Below are positions 61,269-64,000 of a DNA stretch of 64,000 nt, one piece after another. The stretch spans positions 608,001 through 672,000 of the forward strand of contig CAVUAK010000001.1 of NCBI GenBank assembly GCA_963739455.1, in the 5' to 3' direction. Below the pieces are notes generated by a model. It had not been told where the DNA came from. It searched no databases and worked only from the letters and a program-made list of their open reading frames with translations. The stretch comes from an uncultured Gemmatimonadales bacterium (lineage in GTDB: Bacteria; Gemmatimonadota; Gemmatimonadetes; Gemmatimonadales; GWC2-71-9). Positions within the stretch are counted from its first letter, which is position 1; every line of letters starts with the position of its first letter. The position numbers and the translations under genes were made by a program.

Positions 61269-63650
61269 GTGGTTCGACAAGCACTGCGCCTCCTCCCCGC
61301 GGCCTGGGCACTCATGTGCTCCGGGCCGTTGGTGCTTCTTGCCCAGGATGCTCCCTACCGGACACAACTGAAGGACCTGTGTGAGGCGCTCGACAGTCGC
61401 GACGAGCGCCGCGCGGGTGGAGCTGATCAAGGCACGCTGGGATGCCCCGACAGGCAACCCGGTGGAACGGCTGGGCGACGCCTATGCGGAGCTCCGACTG
61501 GGCGCGCTCACGAACGAGCGTGAAGACGTGATCACGGCGTGGGATCACTTTGACCAGGCGGTGCGGGAGCACCCGGACTGGCCCTATGCGCGCCTGGGAC
61601 TCGCCAAGGCCGCGCTCGAGATCTACAGCCGGGGATATCTCCTTCCCGCCAGTTACGACGACGTCGTCGGTGGCACGCACTACGACGGGTACGTCATCGA
61701 GATGAAGCGGCTCCTGAAGGAGGAACCGACCTTCGAGCCCGCCATCACCTGGCTCGCGCAAACCCTGGTTGCGGAAGGCGACCGGGAGCAGCCCGGGGCG
61801 GTCCTGGGGCTGCTGCAGTACGCTGGCCGACTCGACGGGCAACGACGACCCGGAGGTCCAGCTCGTCCTGGCCCGCGCCGAGCGTCTCGAGGGGAGAACG
61901 GCGCAGTCGGTGCGCCGTATCGACGCGTACCTGCGTGAGGGTGGCGACTCCGGCATCGGTGACCTCGAGATGGCGCGTTCGCTCGCCTGGATGGGTGAAC
62001 TCGAGAACGCCGCGATCGAGTACGTGGCCGGGGCGCGGGTTCAGACCATCGAGGCACGGGCCGACTACCGCCGGGACCTGTCATGGGTCGCCACGCCGCC
62101 CGAGCTGGCGCGGTATGACAGCCTGCCGACGGATTCGGTCGGTGCATGGATTGGCCACTTCTGGAGCAAGCGCGACGTGCAGGAACTGCAGGCCCGACGG
62201 CAGCAGGCTACCCGAACACCTGCGACGGTGGGTGTACGTCAACCAGCACTTTCGCGTTGTCGATCCGGAGCGGCGCACCGCGTGGAAGACCGCGTACATG
62301 CCATGGACCGGCCCTGGGAGCCGCCCGCAGTGCATGGAGGACGGCGCCAACACGCTCGATGACTCGACTACACTGAGCCGGCCCGGCAGGGCGGCTTCCG
62401 CGCGCCGGAACGGGTATTCGATCATCGCGCCATCGTGTACATGCGCCACGGCGAGCCAATGTTCAAGTTCGGTGGTCCGCGCGACTCATTGAGCTACGGG
62501 CCACCAGCGCCGACGCAGATGGGCGGATCGGAGTCGTCACTCAAGGACATCTTCTGGCAGCCGGATGCCACCCGCAGCGTGACGTGGGTGTACCTCATGG
62601 GCGGCCAGTTCCGCGTCTTTACCTTCATGGGGGATCTCGCGCTGGGACGGGACAGCCCAACCACCATGATCCTCTACCAGCCGCCCAGCCTCTACGTCTT
62701 GCAAGAACTGGCGGTGTTGTCGTCGTCGTACGCCCGGCTTGCCGGCTCCACCCAGGTGAATGCATTCAGCGGCAACCGGATGCTGTCGGGCGACTGTGAC
62801 CGCTGGCAACAGGACGTTGTCCGCCAGCAGCGAACCGACGCCGTGCTGGCGGTCAGCACAGATACCTACACGCGCCGCTTCTCGAAGCCGCTCACCACCG
62901 CGTACCAGCTTTCGGCGCTGGGCCAGCCGACGGCGGGCACGGCGGAATTGCTTGCGGTGCTTGCCGTCCGCCCGAGCGAACTCGCGGTCGAGCCGATGGA
63001 CGACGACACCAGCAACGTGCGGTTCAGGCTGCGTCTCCAGATGGCCGCCATCGACAGCTTGACTGGCGAATCGGTGCAAGCAGATACCGTGCGACGCTTC
63101 GTGACCTCGCGAGAGATGATACGAACCGACGGCTGGATCTCGTTCGCGGAGACACTGGCGCTCAGGCCGGGACTGCGGGCGAGTACGACTCTCCGTAGAA
63201 CAGGATGACGACCGCGGCAGCGTCATCGGCGCACCCATCGTGCCCGCGGGCGCGGACTTCTCGGCCAGCGACATCGTGCTGGGCGGCGAGCGCCGGTCGT
63301 TGCCGGTACAGCGCCACGGGACGACCGTGATGGCCAGTGCGTTCAGTTTGTACACCGTCGGCCAGGCGGTGCAGCTCTACTACGAACTGTATGGCCTGAC
63401 GACCGGGGGTTCATACCGCACGAAGGTGTCCCTCCGGCGCGCTGGCGACACCAGGTTCGCCAGCTCGCTGTCGTTCACCGATCATGCATCCGGTTCCACA
63501 ATGGCATCCAGCAGGTCGCTCACACTCAACAACGTGAAGCCGGGCGAGTACGACCTGATCGTGGCCGTGGATGAGGTTTCCACGAGGCGCCAAGTGGTGC
63601 GTCAGCGCACAATCACGGTGGAAAAGGCCTCGGTCCCTGAGACCCGGTGA
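61269..63650 (+). CDS. Exported GWxTD-domain-like protein, broken by several indels
   Basis: Signal peptide, TPR-like N-terminus, FWSKRD..EHLRRWVYVNQHF..DHRAIVYMRHGEP, C-terminal Ig-like domain (PGEYDLIV). Confidence 0.7.
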
Positions 63651-64000
63651 GCGCCTCCGAAAGGGCCTGGCCCTGCTCACGACCTGGGTACTCATGTGCT
63701 CCGGGCCGGTGGTGCATGCCCAGGATGCTCCCTACCGGATACAGCTGAAGGACCTGTGCGAGGCGCTCGACAGTACGACGAGCGTGCCGCGCGTGGAGCA
63801 GATCAAGGCGCGCTGGGATGCCCCGAAAGACAACCCGGTTGAACGCCTGGGCGACGCCTACGCGGAGCTCCGCCTTGGCGCGCTCACGAATGAGCGTGAC
63901 ATCGTGATCACTGCGTGGGAGCACTTTGACCAGGTCGTGCGGGTACATCCGGACTGGCCCTATGCACGCCTCGGACTCGCGAAGGCGGCGCTCGAGATTT
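63647..64000 (+). CDS. Tandem paralog of the 61269 gene, truncated by the window edge
   Basis: High nucleotide similarity to 61304-61624 (QDAPYR..LKDLCEALDS..HPDWPYARLGLAKAALEI). Confidence 0.85.

Overview
High-GC bacterial chromosomal segment, probably Gemmatimonadota (inferred from gene content and style, not checked). No rRNA, tRNA, CRISPR array or mobile element was found. Left to right it holds: the 3' part of a sigma-54 enhancer-binding protein; a pqqABCDE operon whose 24-aa pqqA is missing from the ORF track, with palindromic operators, sigma-54 promoters and a post-pqqA hairpin; a HEAT-repeat-containing chemosensory operon resembling Myxococcus Che7; pruA; a frameshifted, apparently exported JAB/MPN protein; YfcC plus amidase; a sigma-54-driven GNAT/acyl-ACP desaturase unit; metF-metH behind a SAM-II riboswitch; acyl-CoA dehydrogenase and dacB; OPT, two Na+/H+ antiporters and an M42 peptidase; a degenerate PolX-PHP with nth; a secreted protein with 14-aa repeats; FadL plus SGNH lipoprotein; an ECF sigma/anti-sigma with MacAB-TolC; fabH; yggX; and two tandem GWxTD-like genes. 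About a dozen single-base frameshifts look like sequencing or assembly indels. The best novelty candidates are the exported JAB protease, a possible sigma-54 regulon linking PQQ, Che7-like signalling, a desaturase and an orphan HEAT protein, the SAM-II/metF module, and the repeat protein.
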